A stretch of 64,000 nucleotides of DNA. It comes from Syncephalis fuscata S228. Its lineage: Eukaryota > Fungi > Zoopagomycota. Under the pieces are notes generated by a model. The model saw nothing but the letters and a program-made list of their open reading frames with translations, searched no databases and was not told the DNA's origin. The stretch spans positions 248,001 through 312,000 of the forward strand of contig JAHLTZ010000004.1 of the NCBI GenBank assembly GCA_025786725.1. Direction: 5' to 3'. The stretch's first letter is position 1, and each line of letters starts with the position of its first letter. Of this stretch, positions 13,654 to 26,361 are shown piece by piece. The translations under genes and the position numbers were made by a program.

Positions 13654-14411
13654 CTACGAATCAGCATCAGTTTTAGAGTGTTTAGATTCAGGCTGATCTG
13701 CGCCATTATCATCGGAACGTGCACGCTTATTATCGTTATTGCCTGATCGACCACCATTACGATTGCCACCGCGACCACCGCGTCCGCCACGACCACCACG
13801 ACCACGACCACGTCCGAATTTAGCTTGACGTCTAGCCTTGTTATCGTTGATGGCTGCAAGTTCTTCAGGCTTGATATACGGTTTTGGAATACCTACAAAG
13901 GCAGGCTTTGAGTTCCAGTACTGTTTCTCTTCGTCACCTAGTATCATATATAGCTATTTAGTAAATAAACTAGAATATATCAATGTATCTATGATTTGTT
14001 ACCTTCAATTCTCGACAAGCTTAGTGCATTGTCGCCAAATTTAATTTCATTGTCCATTTGTCCAATAAATTCATCAGCTCGAGGGTCATCAAGTTGAAGT
14101 ACACCTGATTTGCCATTGTCGGTTGTATCGATGAATCGTACCAAAGTTGGTGCTGTTGCCAACAAAGGTTTAAGCATTTGACTGTTCAAACCTTCTGGTC
14201 CATTGGTGTATCGGACAATAGAGTTGAACAAAAAGCGCTTTCCGCCGATTTCACCATACAATTCTTCAGAACAAGTCTTTGGAATGATGACTTGATCAAC
14301 GTTACGTGGTTTATGATATTTACGTTCAATAATACGTTCTAATACCATTTCTGAAGGTACGCCCCATTGATCGGCTTTACGGCCAGCATAGTGCTTACTA
14401 TTCAATATACA

Positions 14412-14442
<31 letters not shown>

Positions 14443-15210
14443 TATTATTATTATTATTATTAGCATTATTATATATTTTACTTACGCTGTTTCCATTGGA
14501 ATAACGCTGTTATTCTGTCGTTGGGCTGTTGATAGTACTTTTTCGACTTCTGCTGCTGATGAATACTCAACAAATGCCTTTCCCTAAATAGACTTATTAG
14601 TAAATAGTGTTTATAATCTATAAAATAGATGGCTTACGATGAAGGTCTTGTTAGCGCGTACAAGACGGACACTAAGACATTGACCAAAAGTAGTGAAGAA
14701 TTCTTCGTATTTACATTGTTGCTCTGGCATTGGTACATTGGCCATTTTATCAAGGTTTTTCTATTCATTGGATTATTATTAGATTACCAATAATAATAAT
14801 AATAGTAATATACTGTATATTAACACTTACCACATAGATTGTACGATCGAGTACAGAGTCACGGCTGGGCATTGGATTGATACGAGCGACTTTAGTGTTA
14901 TCATCGCTAATCTTAAGACGAGTGCTTAGTTTTAGCGCATCAACAACCAAGTCTTTCTTGTCAGCATATGGGGCCATACGCTTAAACTTGGAAATTATAT
15001 CCAATTCAACAACTAGATAAAAAACAGATGGTTAAGGCATTTAGATAGCATTCAATAGTAAAAGAAAAGGATACAGCCATCGTCTTTCTCGGCTAATTCG
15101 CGCAAGAATTTGTCGCTAAGAATGTTGGAATCGCTAAAGTAAAACTCTAGCTGTTTGACAACATTGTATCGTTCATCCGTGGTTGCACTTGGCGAGATTC
15201 CAGTCGACAT
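13654..15210 (-). CDS. LHP1: La protein (La motif + RRM, RGG-rich C-terminus)
   Basis: KQLEFYFSDSNILSDKFL..DDGFVELDIISKFKRM La motif; RRM (RTIYV, GKAFVEY); EEKQYW and RGG tail. Confidence 0.92.
14410..14470. repeat. (TAT)n microsatellite in La intron
   Basis: Long attattattatt tract. Confidence 0.9.
15013..15074 (-). other. U12-type (minor spliceosome) GT-AG intron in La gene
   Basis: 5' splice site GTATCCTTTT; branch site GCCTTAAC (15031-15038) ~18 nt before the 3' end; splicing restores DDG-F-VELDII. Confidence 0.88.
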
Positions 15211-15435
15211 GACTTCTGTTGTTAATAGGTTGCAGCTTGTTCGTTAACCAAAGTGTGGGCGTATGCACTAACAACTAAACAAGAAAAAGCAACTGAAAAA
15301 AAGAAGCAGAAAAAGTGTACTCGTAAAAACTGATAATATCGACCAATAATTTGGTAGTTTATAGTTATTGCGGATCCCACTAGTTAAGATAGCCATTTAA
15401 ATTTTCCGCGCCACTGAACCCAACTGATGTTCTGC

Positions 15436-15600
15436 ATACTTACCTGGCAGGTGCATGGGGTGGTCAAGAGGGCCTCATGTACGCTTTAGGGCCTCGCCAT
15501 TGCACAACCGTGCGGGGATCTTCTGCGCGAACGTCCTTACGGGCGTCTCGACTGCACAATTTTTGTTAGTGGGGAGATGAGCGCATCGCGCCGTCTCCCT
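15436..15600 (+). ncRNA. U1: U1 snRNA
   Basis: 5' ATACTTACCTGG; stem-loop I gtgcatgggg/cctcatgtac; loop II ATTGCAC; GCAG/CTGC closing helix; Sm site AATTTTTG (15558-15565); terminal gggagatg...cgtctccc hairpin. Confidence 0.96.
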
Positions 15601-15873
15601 TTTTATTTAAAGAAAATACCAATTAAACTAAAGCTTTGTAGCTAAACTGATTATATCAAGCAATTTGTCTATACACAATAACTGTAATAGTGCTATCAAT
15701 GCTATTTCGACTCTTTTGTAATTTATTACAAGTTATTTATGTTTATGTAATAGGATAGATGCACATGACATTTTATTTACCATATAACTGTTTATTTGCT
15801 GACTACTACTGTCAATTAAAACAAAACTTTATTAATTCAAACACGCTTTTATATACGTAGACCAGTACCATGG

Positions 15874-17245
15874 CTAATCTACTTGTTTAGGATAGTCCAA
15901 AACCATATTGGCTGGAACTGCCTGGGCCTGTTCATTATCGTCGTCGAATTGGACAACGTACTGTCCTTTGCATCGTGGATCCCGCACCTAATTACACTGA
16001 TAAGCAGTCGGCAACAATGGTATTACAGCCTATTTACCTTAGAAGGAGGCATGGTAACGGTAGCTTTGTAAAAGCATGTTGTATTTGGATAAAGAGCAAG
16101 CACGGTATGTCCAATGGCAAACTCGCCCGATCGATGACCCATACCAGTATTGCTAATAGTAAGAATATACTTGGGTGGCAATTGATATCTAATATTCCGT
16201 CAATCATCTAACTTGAATCATATACCATTTATTCACTTACGTGGCAATATTACCGCTATCGTCCTCTTCGGCATCCTCAACCTCGTATCTAATCGTATAT
16301 CATAATTAGCTAGATCGATTCATATACATTGCACCTACACCTGCTTCTCTGCAAAATAGCGTTTAACAACTGCCAGAATCCATTCATCAACATCGTCATC
16401 GCCAGAGGATACTTTGGCTGCAACCTATAGTGACTAATAAGACTGTGTCTCTAATAGTCTCTGTTAAGCTTACTCGCTGACCAGCCGAAATAGCAATGGA
16501 CTTTTTAGTTGGCGATCTAAACTTGTTATTAATAAACCAATTTTATTATTTACATCAATCCATTGCCACTTACCCGCGTGGCTTTCGCACGGGTGTTTCG
16601 GGTGGTTCAGACTCTGAATGGCGTTTACGTCGTCGCGATGATTCTGTATGACTGGCCGTTGGTGTACCAACACTTGGCGAAGAGGGTGTCGTCACCTTAA
16701 CTATACACGGACACATACATATACATATACATATACATATATATCAAAGGTCTATTATAACGCCTCGCTCTCTCCCTCTCTTACTACCTTCTGTATCTGC
16801 TGCTTCTCTTAGAGCAATTAAAACACCAAGACGCTCTTTTAACCGGTCTGCCATTCTATACATACATACATATATACATACATACATACATACATCAATA
16901 AATACATACATTAATAAATACGCTGTAATTTAACTGTAATACCTACGACTTTACTTCAACCACGGTTTCCATGGCCTCTTCACATAGTCGTTCTCCCTTT
17001 TGGACGGCCCGTCGTTCCGGCACTGTGTATAAGCTGTGTCAGACAATCTACAGTAAAAGTGACCGCCTACCTTGATCACTGGATGCATATAGCTGATTCA
17101 GCTGCTCCAATAGCGTATTTGTCTTGGTACGCGTAGTGCCAAGTACTTGTAAATCGGCAGCAATATGTCGCCATAAGACAAGCTCATCCCGATCTTCATT
17201 GGTGCCAGTACGTGTTGCACGTACCTTACGCTCCGTAGTGGCCAT
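15874..17245 (-). CDS. SGF29: SAGA subunit Sgf29 (tandem Tudor)
   Basis: QVAAK, DEWILAVV, YEVEDAEED, VLALYPNTTCFYKATV, YVVQFDDD. Confidence 0.9.
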
Positions 17246-17550
17246 CTCCTCGACTAGCAATAGTGGCAACAAACAGTAATATAAATAAATAAAGCCAGGT
17301 GCTTATAATAGTCGAAATAATAGTAGTAGCAACTGCAATAGTAATAACAAATAACAATATTAATAATACCTGTCACTCAAATGTTGTAGTAAAGAATGGT
17401 CTGTGTCGTCAAGATGACCTCGTTTTTGCCACTTTCTTCTTTCTCCTTCATACTTTGAAGTATTACTTAAGAATTCCAAAGTATTCCTTAAACTACAAGG
17501 ACACCTGCCAAGGCTTGCGTGTTTGAATATAACTAATAGTTTGTTTGTAT

Positions 17551-19305
17551 ATGGCTAATACTGTAAGAATGTCGTAACAATCTTGTACAATAATAAAGGA
17601 TATGTTGTATCTATATACACATATCTATCCATCTATCTATATCTACGTATAATATTAATATAACGATAATAGGATGGCGTAGGAGGTATTTCTCCTGCCG
17701 TAGCCCAGTCAATAAGTCAAGCGTAAGTGTTAATAATTGTGGTCTATCGTGTGTTTTAATGGATACATTTAATACAATTGCTACAATCATAGTGGAGACC
17801 AGGTTAATACGCCAGACTATGGAGTAGGTGGCGTGCAAAAACCGCGTCTATTACTGATGGGACTAAGACGGTAGGTTAGAAGGGCTGATTGGTATACAAT
17901 ATAGTCATTTTATTAATATATACATATATATATTATATATGTATATACTCTATTGTAGAAGTGGTAAATCAAGTATTCAAAAAGTAGTATTTCATAAAAT
18001 GGCCCCCAATGATACACTTTACCTTGACAGTACACGTAAACTTATTAAAGATGATGTAGTGTAAGTAGAAATATTAATTATATATTATTATTGTTAACAT
18101 TAGCAATTAAAAGATCATTTATTGAATTTCAAGTCTGGGATTTTCCCAATGATTTTGACTTATTCGATCCAACATTTGATGCTTTTGCAGTATTTGGTCA
18201 AATTGGTACACTAGTCTATGTCATTGATGCACAAGTAGGTATTATTCATTACTATCTATTTGTATTTATAATTATATTGATACAACATCTACTATAGGAT
18301 GACTATACTGATTCATTATCTAAATTACATATGATTATTGTACGCGCCTTTGACTGTAACCAGAACATATCATTTGAAGTATTCATCCATAAGGTTGATG
18401 GTCTATCAGATGACTTTAAATTTGGTAATTAAATAGGTTTGGAAAAGCACGACCATTAGTTATAGTAACTTAACAATTAAATAGATATTCAACGAGATAT
18501 TCAACGTCGATTGATGGATGAACTGGCCGATGAAGGACTCGAGGATGTGCAAATCAATTTCTATCTAACAAGCATCTACGATCGTTCTATTTACGAGGCA
18601 TGTAGCAAGGTGGTTCAAAAGTTAATACCTCAGTTGCCTACATTAGAAAATCTATTGGATATGTTATGTTCGGTAGGTTTTGATGGCTATAACAGATTAG
18701 TATCGTGTCTATGACTAATACAATATATTAATAGAATTCTGGTATAGAAAAAGCATTTTTATTTGATATTGAAAGCAAATTGTATTTAGCCACAGATAGC
18801 TCACCGGTGGATATGCAATCTTATGAGATTTGCAGTGAAATGATTGATATTATTCTAGATCTATCCATTATCTATGGGTAAGTCAATAATATACTATTTA
18901 GCCTATATAACTTAATACATAAGTTATATTATAGAGAAACACCATCTATAACTCCAAATGATCATGGTAATAGTCCATCCAATGCTATGGCACCAACTAC
19001 CCCGACCAATAAACTCTCTAGTACAGAGGATAATGCCCACTCTGTAATTAAATTATCTAGTGGTATTACTCTATTCTTCCGACAAATTGATCGGTAAGCG
19101 TTATAGATATTAAATTGAAAATCACTCATTCTATATTAGTCATTTGGCACTTATCTGTCTAATGAGAACGGAGAATTACGAGAACCATGGCCTACTGGAT
19201 CATAATGTACGCTGCTTCAAAGATGCCATTACAGAAGTATTTGAAATGCAAAGATCAAATTTCCAACAAGATGTTACTGACACGACCATTTCATCATCAT
19301 CTTAA
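17551..19305 (+). CDS. GTR2: Rag GTPase RagC/D (Gtr2); start exon uncertain
   Basis: [67 protein letters not shown]. Confidence 0.95.
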
Positions 19306-19507
19306 TAAATAATACACCGTAATACACCGTAATACACAATCAGTATAATAGTTTTAATGTAATAGTGTAATAACAATTATAATTACAATAATACGTCACA
19401 TTTCTTTTACCTTTGCTTTATTTTATAGCTTTGTCATTGTTACTCCTACTATTGCTACTGTTGCTATTTGCTATTATACTTATACTATTACTTAATAGTT
19501 GGATAAT

Positions 19508-22500
19508 ATGGCCAACGAAGATGATGAGGTGGGCTAAAGTGTTCTATTCATAATTGGTAGACTTCTAATACCAGTACCGATAGTCTCGCTGGATTCAAAA
19601 GATAAAAGGATTGTGCTCCACCGCGCATAACCACTCCACTAGCGAACTATGTAACCAGTTAGTTAGTATTCGTAAACAACGACTTGTAAGCTATTCGTAT
19701 ACAACTGGATACTTGTTAAACGTGTCTATCATCATCTATTCTAGGTGAGTTTGGAGCGATTCCGAACCCATCTACTAGATCGTGTGTTATTGGCACTGCT
19801 AGCTGCACTTACTGCAGCCAACAGTACCAACACTTTAGAACTGTTATACGCTCTCAATGCAACAATTAATGCTAACGGGCCTTATTGCCACAAGGTAATG
19901 ACTATGAATAGTGTTATGTTATAAGCTATGTTGATTAACTGATACAACTGTGTTGCACTGAACTAACTATAATAGCACTATGATGCCTTATTAGCAGTAC
20001 TTATACCATTGGCCCGACAAAACCAAGAATCAATGGGATATAGAAGGCAAGCGATTAATAGTCTAGGCAATTTGTGTCATCGATCGGGCAGTAAAATGCA
20101 ACATCGGCTACAAGCAGTACAAGAAGTACTGGTGGATAATCTGGAAGCAGTATTAGACGTGAAAAGTCGTTCAAATAATCGACAATTACTTGATTCATCG
20201 AAGGTACATAGCTATAAGTATTGGATACTATAGATGTTGATATTAATTAGTCGTTGAATAGCTTGCATCATGTACATTACGTGCATTGCAACTAGTATTG
20301 CCTGAAGAGAAGCCTAATGATATGCAAGTAGATCGATTAATGCGAGTACTTCCCAGCTATGCTTTATTACATAACGATGATCAGATTGGCGGTAATAACT
20401 ATTAATTAGTGTATATATATATATATATAATAAATGTTAACTAAACTATTTATAGTATATCCATTTAGACTAGTAGCGGATACAACACGGTCAACAATAA
20501 CAAGTTCAGAGTCAGAGTTTTCAGAAACTGATCCAAACTCTACGGGAAAGCGGTTAGTAGGAATAGATTGATTAGATAATAGTAGTGGCAATAATAATAA
20601 TATATATATATATTATGTATCTATAGAGATCGTATTCGTGTACGACAACATGCGCTAGCATGTCTACAACATTTAACTAAAGTAAGTAGAGTATATTAAC
20701 TATATTTTAATTAGTATACTAATATAAATATTTCCTAGTCATCACCTAATACGGTATTCTCACACTTGGATCGATTGTTCCAAGGTGGTCCACAAACTGG
20801 ACAACGCACTTTATTAATGGCCATATTAGAAGAAGAGAATGCCACATTACGTATGGCAGCATGTCAGCTACTCATGTCTATTACTAATGCTGGTAAATCA
20901 CTGTTTGCCACGGCAAGTGAACGGTAATATTCATTAATGGCCATATTGATGTATCTAATAACTGTTTATACTATAGAGGTGGTCAAATATCGTCATTTAC
21001 ATCGTTATCAGAGAAGATGGGTGTATTATTACGCCAATTTCATGCCACTATGATTGCAGCACTCCAACGTGAACAAGATTTACAATGTATTACGTGTATT
21101 CTTCAAGTAAGTCATACATCATTAAATATACTATAGATAAATAACCATTTATAGTGTGCCAGTGCATTGGCTGATAATGTACCCTATGCACGTCTCTCTT
21201 CTGGACATCTACCACGACTATTTGATGCGGTACTTTACTGTACAGAGCGTAGTTGTAAATCAGTATGGCAGTCACCTGAAACAGAGGACAGTGCGAGGTT
21301 GCGTAATGAAGAGAGTACATTAGAAAGTGAAATATATCAATTAGCGGTAACCGGACTTTCTTGTATAGCTCATTTAATTGGTAGGTAATTATTTTACTAA
21401 ATAAGCTTTTGGTAAATCATTAGATTTGTTTATTAAATAGATGCTGCTGCCATTAAAACAACAACAACAACAACAACCAGTAAATAATAATTCTACTATA
21501 AATAATAGTATAAATGAACAGTTGGAATCAACACGATTGTTATTAATGGATCGAATGAATGCAACATTTACATTAATTCAATCGTGTTTTACTTTATCAG
21601 AGTCTAAACAAAGGCTGACAACAGAAAGTTATGCTGTTGTATCGGCTATTATACGTACATTTCCCGATTTTATTAGGTAATAGTAAAAACATTGATATTA
21701 TTGTTATTATTAATCTATCATATAAATAGTACTCGTTGGACAGCTGTTAATGCAGCATTGCAACAACATTTACCTGTACAGGCAGAAGCACGTGTTTCGG
21801 CTCTTGGTAGTGTGGAACAGTTTGCTAAAATCATTGCCATAGACACTACGGTAAGAGGAGTCATTTAATTTATTACTATATTAATATAATCTATTATTTA
21901 ATCTATTAATAGTGGTCTATTTGGTGGGAAGATACGGTGGATCATTTAATACAAGCAAATTCAAATGATTCTGTCGGTTCAGTACGAGCACTTATTTGTG
22001 ACATATTGGCCAACTTAACTGATGGTGTACTTGAAGGATTGACTGTAAGCTATTAATAACTATAACTATAACTATATATATACATTATTGGTGATATGAC
22101 TAACATGGATGGTAAAGATGCAACGACAAAGGTTTATTCTAAGTCTAGTACTAGCCATGTCAGCAGATACACGTCCGATGGTACAGGCTGCAGCATGTCG
22201 TGCCTTGGGTGTTTTTGTATTATTTTCAAGCTTGCACGAGGTAAGTTATAGTCATGTTACCTATAGATTGTAATATAGATGGTCTTAATATTATAATTGA
22301 TTTAGGATATTGTTTTTCTATCTGATGCTGCAAATGCCATACTTGGTCACGCTGCCGATCGTAGTCTTGATGTTCGATTGCGTGTATTCTGGGCTATGGC
22401 CAATTTATGCGATCTTTTAGCTGAAAATAGGTGTGTATAATGCACAATAACTCAGTATAACATGCTATACTAATATAAATATTAATATAATGTAGCACCA

Positions 22501-23321
22501 TTCAAACTGCTCTTCTTAATCGTGAAATGTATTTGCAATTAAGCGAGGCAGTTCTTAATGGCGCTAAAGATAATGTAAAAGTAAGCAATGCATTATATTA
22601 ATACAGTCTAGCAGCTAATTCAATGATTAGCTGCGATCACATGCTGTACGTGCTATTGGTGGTCTTGTGTTAGCGGCAGATGAACTTATTCTGGGTGCAC
22701 CTGTGCGTCTTAACGATCTAGTACAGGCAGTCTGTATGAATGTTAAAGGTGGTCCATTAAAAGTGTGTAGACTATCGCTAGTTAATGTTTAGTACTTATA
22801 ACTGCTTATTATTAGGTACGATGGAATGCTTGTCATACGATTGGAAGAATGTTTCAAAACCCACACTTTCCCATGGGTGATGCAACATGGACATCCATTG
22901 TAGTAAATACATTAAAAGAAGCAATAAAACAGACAAAGAACTACAAAATACGTATTCATGCCTGTGGTGCATTCCGTGCCTTACCTTCTCGAGCAAGTTT
23001 CGGTAATAGTTCATTATTTGCCAGTGTAATCGATACGGTTATTAAGGCTCTACAAAACGTCGCTTCCATGGGGGATGCTAAATTTACGGAATATAAATAT
23101 GTTGAACAATTGAAACAACAGGTAATTAATAGGTTGGTCGTTTTATACTAAATAATTAACCAATGGTACTATAATAGTTAATAGATTGTGGTCATTATTT
23201 GTTAACCATAGTCACAGAAAAGGATAAACAGCTATTATCATCGTCGTTATCAGCATTAACTGTACTGTTGTCTTCTTCTGAGACTATCGATAGTACACAA
23301 GATGTCAATGCCGATATATAG
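19508..23321 (+). CDS. HEATR6: HEAT repeat protein HEATR6-like (many exons)
   Basis: SFTSLSEKMG, LADNVPYARL, AACRALGVFV, KVRWNACH, KNYKIRIHAC motifs. Confidence 0.8.
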
Positions 23322-23390
23322 CCATAGTAATGCAAAATAGATTTATTGATTATTCTTATGCTTAATCACTTTCGATGAACATGCGCGCGT

Positions 23391-24914
23391 CTATGTTTCT
23401 TTCTTTGCCTTGGCCGCATCTTGTCGACGAAGTTTTTCGTAACGGGCACTGCCCAACGAATCCACAATAGAAATTAAGAAATAGAGAAGCATAAGTGTAA
23501 TAAAGCTGTTCCATACAAATGGAATAAGACCACCACCACCACCACTACCATCGCTATTAGTGTCTGTTGTGTTGTCGTTACTATTGTCATCACTGCCTGA
23601 TTGTAGCTTTTTAGTTTGAGCCGCTACTGCTTTAGCGACCAAATCATGAATAGATGGTGCTATATTGGCCAAAACACTTAATATTGTGGCCAGCGTATCC
23701 TTGGAGAACATGACAACAACAAATACAGACTGAAGGGCCGCTTTAACTACAGCCTTGCCAAGAAATGTGGCACCAAAGAACGTTGAAAATGGAATTAAAA
23801 AGTGGCCACAGGTAATACCGGCCAAATCAAACAGTGGATTGGGGATCTAATAAATTAATAAATTGATTATTATTTATGTTATACTATCATTCAATAGTTA
23901 ACTTACAGAAGCACATAGAAAAATGCCTAGAAATCCTAGATGTTGCATCATGCCATACACAAATAAATAGACTTTATCTTTGATTGTTTGATCCTCTGGC
24001 CGTTTGTTTTGAAGTTCGCCAATTTCATCTATTTCCTCATTAGATTGTCCAGCCAATGCAGCTATTAATAAATACAAATGTTGTTAATATACCAATTAGA
24101 GTATTGTTATTGTTTATAACCTACCAGCACGAGCGACAAAATACGGGGGCAATTCACCAATAGCCGTGCCTGCGCCCCAACAAAAGCTTTGCCAATAGAT
24201 CTTACGAATAATTGCCCATAGACTAAGCGATGCAGCGGGAATAAGCTGACCACATATAAAACTGTTATTATTTGAATGTTAATCTTTTAACGTATCTAAA
24301 TAGTAATTAGTAATTAAATATTACCTGTTGGGCCCACGTACAGCAAAATCAACATGACCGCATTCAAAGGCAGCAAGTGTAACTTCGGCAATATGAGGAC
24401 CGAGGAAAAGAACAAATGTATGTAGACCAGTGCCTAGACCGACCGATGATGCTATACCAAGTAGAACCCAGTAGCCAGCCCATGTAACCTCTGATTTAAT
24501 AAGTATGGCCAACTAGTGTAATAGTTGGTATTATTCTATTTAATGTGTAGTCTAGTAGTATATAGATGATTAATTACCGATTGTAATGGATTTGGTATAC
24601 TATAAACTAATCCATAAAGAATCAGCGTCACTACAACCATAGTAACGATACGAGTATAGGATAGTGCTACTTGAACTGCATTGGCCGTTTCCTCAACTAG
24701 GTAAAGAGCGAAATGATGGGTAACCAGTACTGGGTCACGATATATAGAAACGGCACGCGTATCAGCCAGGTCCTGCTCACTAACCACCTTCGGCTTGACA
24801 CCGTTCACCGTATCTGGTGTTTGTACCGCTATTCAATCAAAAGTCATCAAGATTAGTGGGTGTTTGCAGTATTACTCAGTCTATTATATTACCTGTATCT
24901 TCTGGCATGGTCAT
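23391..24914 (-). CDS. VMP1: Vacuole membrane protein 1 (VMP1/TMEM49, DedA-family scramblase)
   Basis: [66 protein letters not shown]. Confidence 0.94.
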
Positions 24915-26361
24915 TGGAGGCACGATGGTTGAGTCAAAGCACTAATAATATATCGATATATGCACTAGACACTGTGTCAATGGAATCTCGAACAGAATGT
25001 GCGCACGTTAAAAAGCACCAAACAAAAGGAGAAATGGAAGGAAACGAGAAAAGCAAGCTACCAATAGAATGCCAATAGATTAATATTGTTTATCAATAAG
25101 TGAAGTGCAGCTAATAAAAAGGGCGATTGTCTAGTCGACAAGAACAAGAAGAACAGCAAGAACAACAGCAGCAAAGTAAAAGCGCTAAGGTTTATTTTAA
25201 AAAAGCAATAAGTAATATCTAGCCAATAGAGAAAGAGAGCGTGTTCAATCCATTTTGGCATTTTTAATCGTTTTAATAAAAGTCATAATTAGCGACGACT
25301 ATTATAGAAGTCATTAGTTCTACATTCTAAAGAAATGTTAACATCTTTATTAAACTCTATTTTCTGCCAAATACTTACTATTATCTATGTTATACTAAAT
25401 GCGCTTTATCGTCTATTCTACTTGTTTAATTCAATAAATTGGCATTAACATAAAACTCTATATTATTGTCTCTGCACCATTATCGTGGTTCTTGTAATCA
25501 ATACAGCCATAGTGGATGTTAAGTCAATTTTATTAGGTCATGGTATGTTGCGATTATAATAAACATTCCACAAGGTTATGTTTATTAAACTACTAATTAA
25601 TTATTGCTTTTAATGTAAAACAAATAAAATAATATCATTAGTTAAAGATAAACGTATAAAACAATAAAGCACTTGTTTACAACACTAATATACTAAGTTT
25701 ATATTAATAGAAAGCAAATCATAATAGAATCACTAGTTATTTAGCTAATTAAGTATTAATTATATTATTGAACTAGTTTTAACAATTAGTAAGTGACACT
25801 GAATATTAGTGAGCTATATATTAAATATACGTTATATACTGTGTGTGTTTAATAACTTGTGTAAATAGACGGTAAGTGGTAGTATATAACGCTAACCTAT
25901 ACGCTAATCCTATGATATGTTTTACATTTATTTATAACCATAGAGTAACCGATGCTTTCAAGGCATCAGCATTGGTTGTATGGTTGAGCTACTAGTCCCA
26001 TACACTTTAGGTATATATTCGGCAAGAAACAAGCCCATCCAACAACTGCCGTTTAGTTCATTTATATATCAAGTTCTAACCAATGCTCCGGTTTATTCGC
26101 CTTTCAATCAATGGCATCATTATATTACCAACAAGTCTGCAATGATAATAATGTGTAATAGTGTCATAGTAATTAATTAATAAAAATTATTAAGGAAATC
26201 TATTAATAAAAACAGGATTTTAATATATTTTGTTTTAGTTTTCTATTTGCTCATGGAATCCTACACTTGATCAGCTGGCAATCGCAACGACGAAAAGACT
26301 CCTTTTACTATTCTATTTGTAGCTAGTCGTATTTAATTGGAATCGGGCGCGTTAATCGTGC

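Noticed and set aside
17595-17603. Minus-strand ATATCCTTT resembling a U12 AT-AC donor
   Set aside because: No matching branch site or exon context on that strand; it lies in the presumed first intron of the plus-strand GTR2 gene.
25116-25260. AAAAAGGGC resembling the U11 snRNA 5' end
   Set aside because: No canonical Sm site or 3' stem-loop; it falls in the low-complexity VMP1 upstream region.
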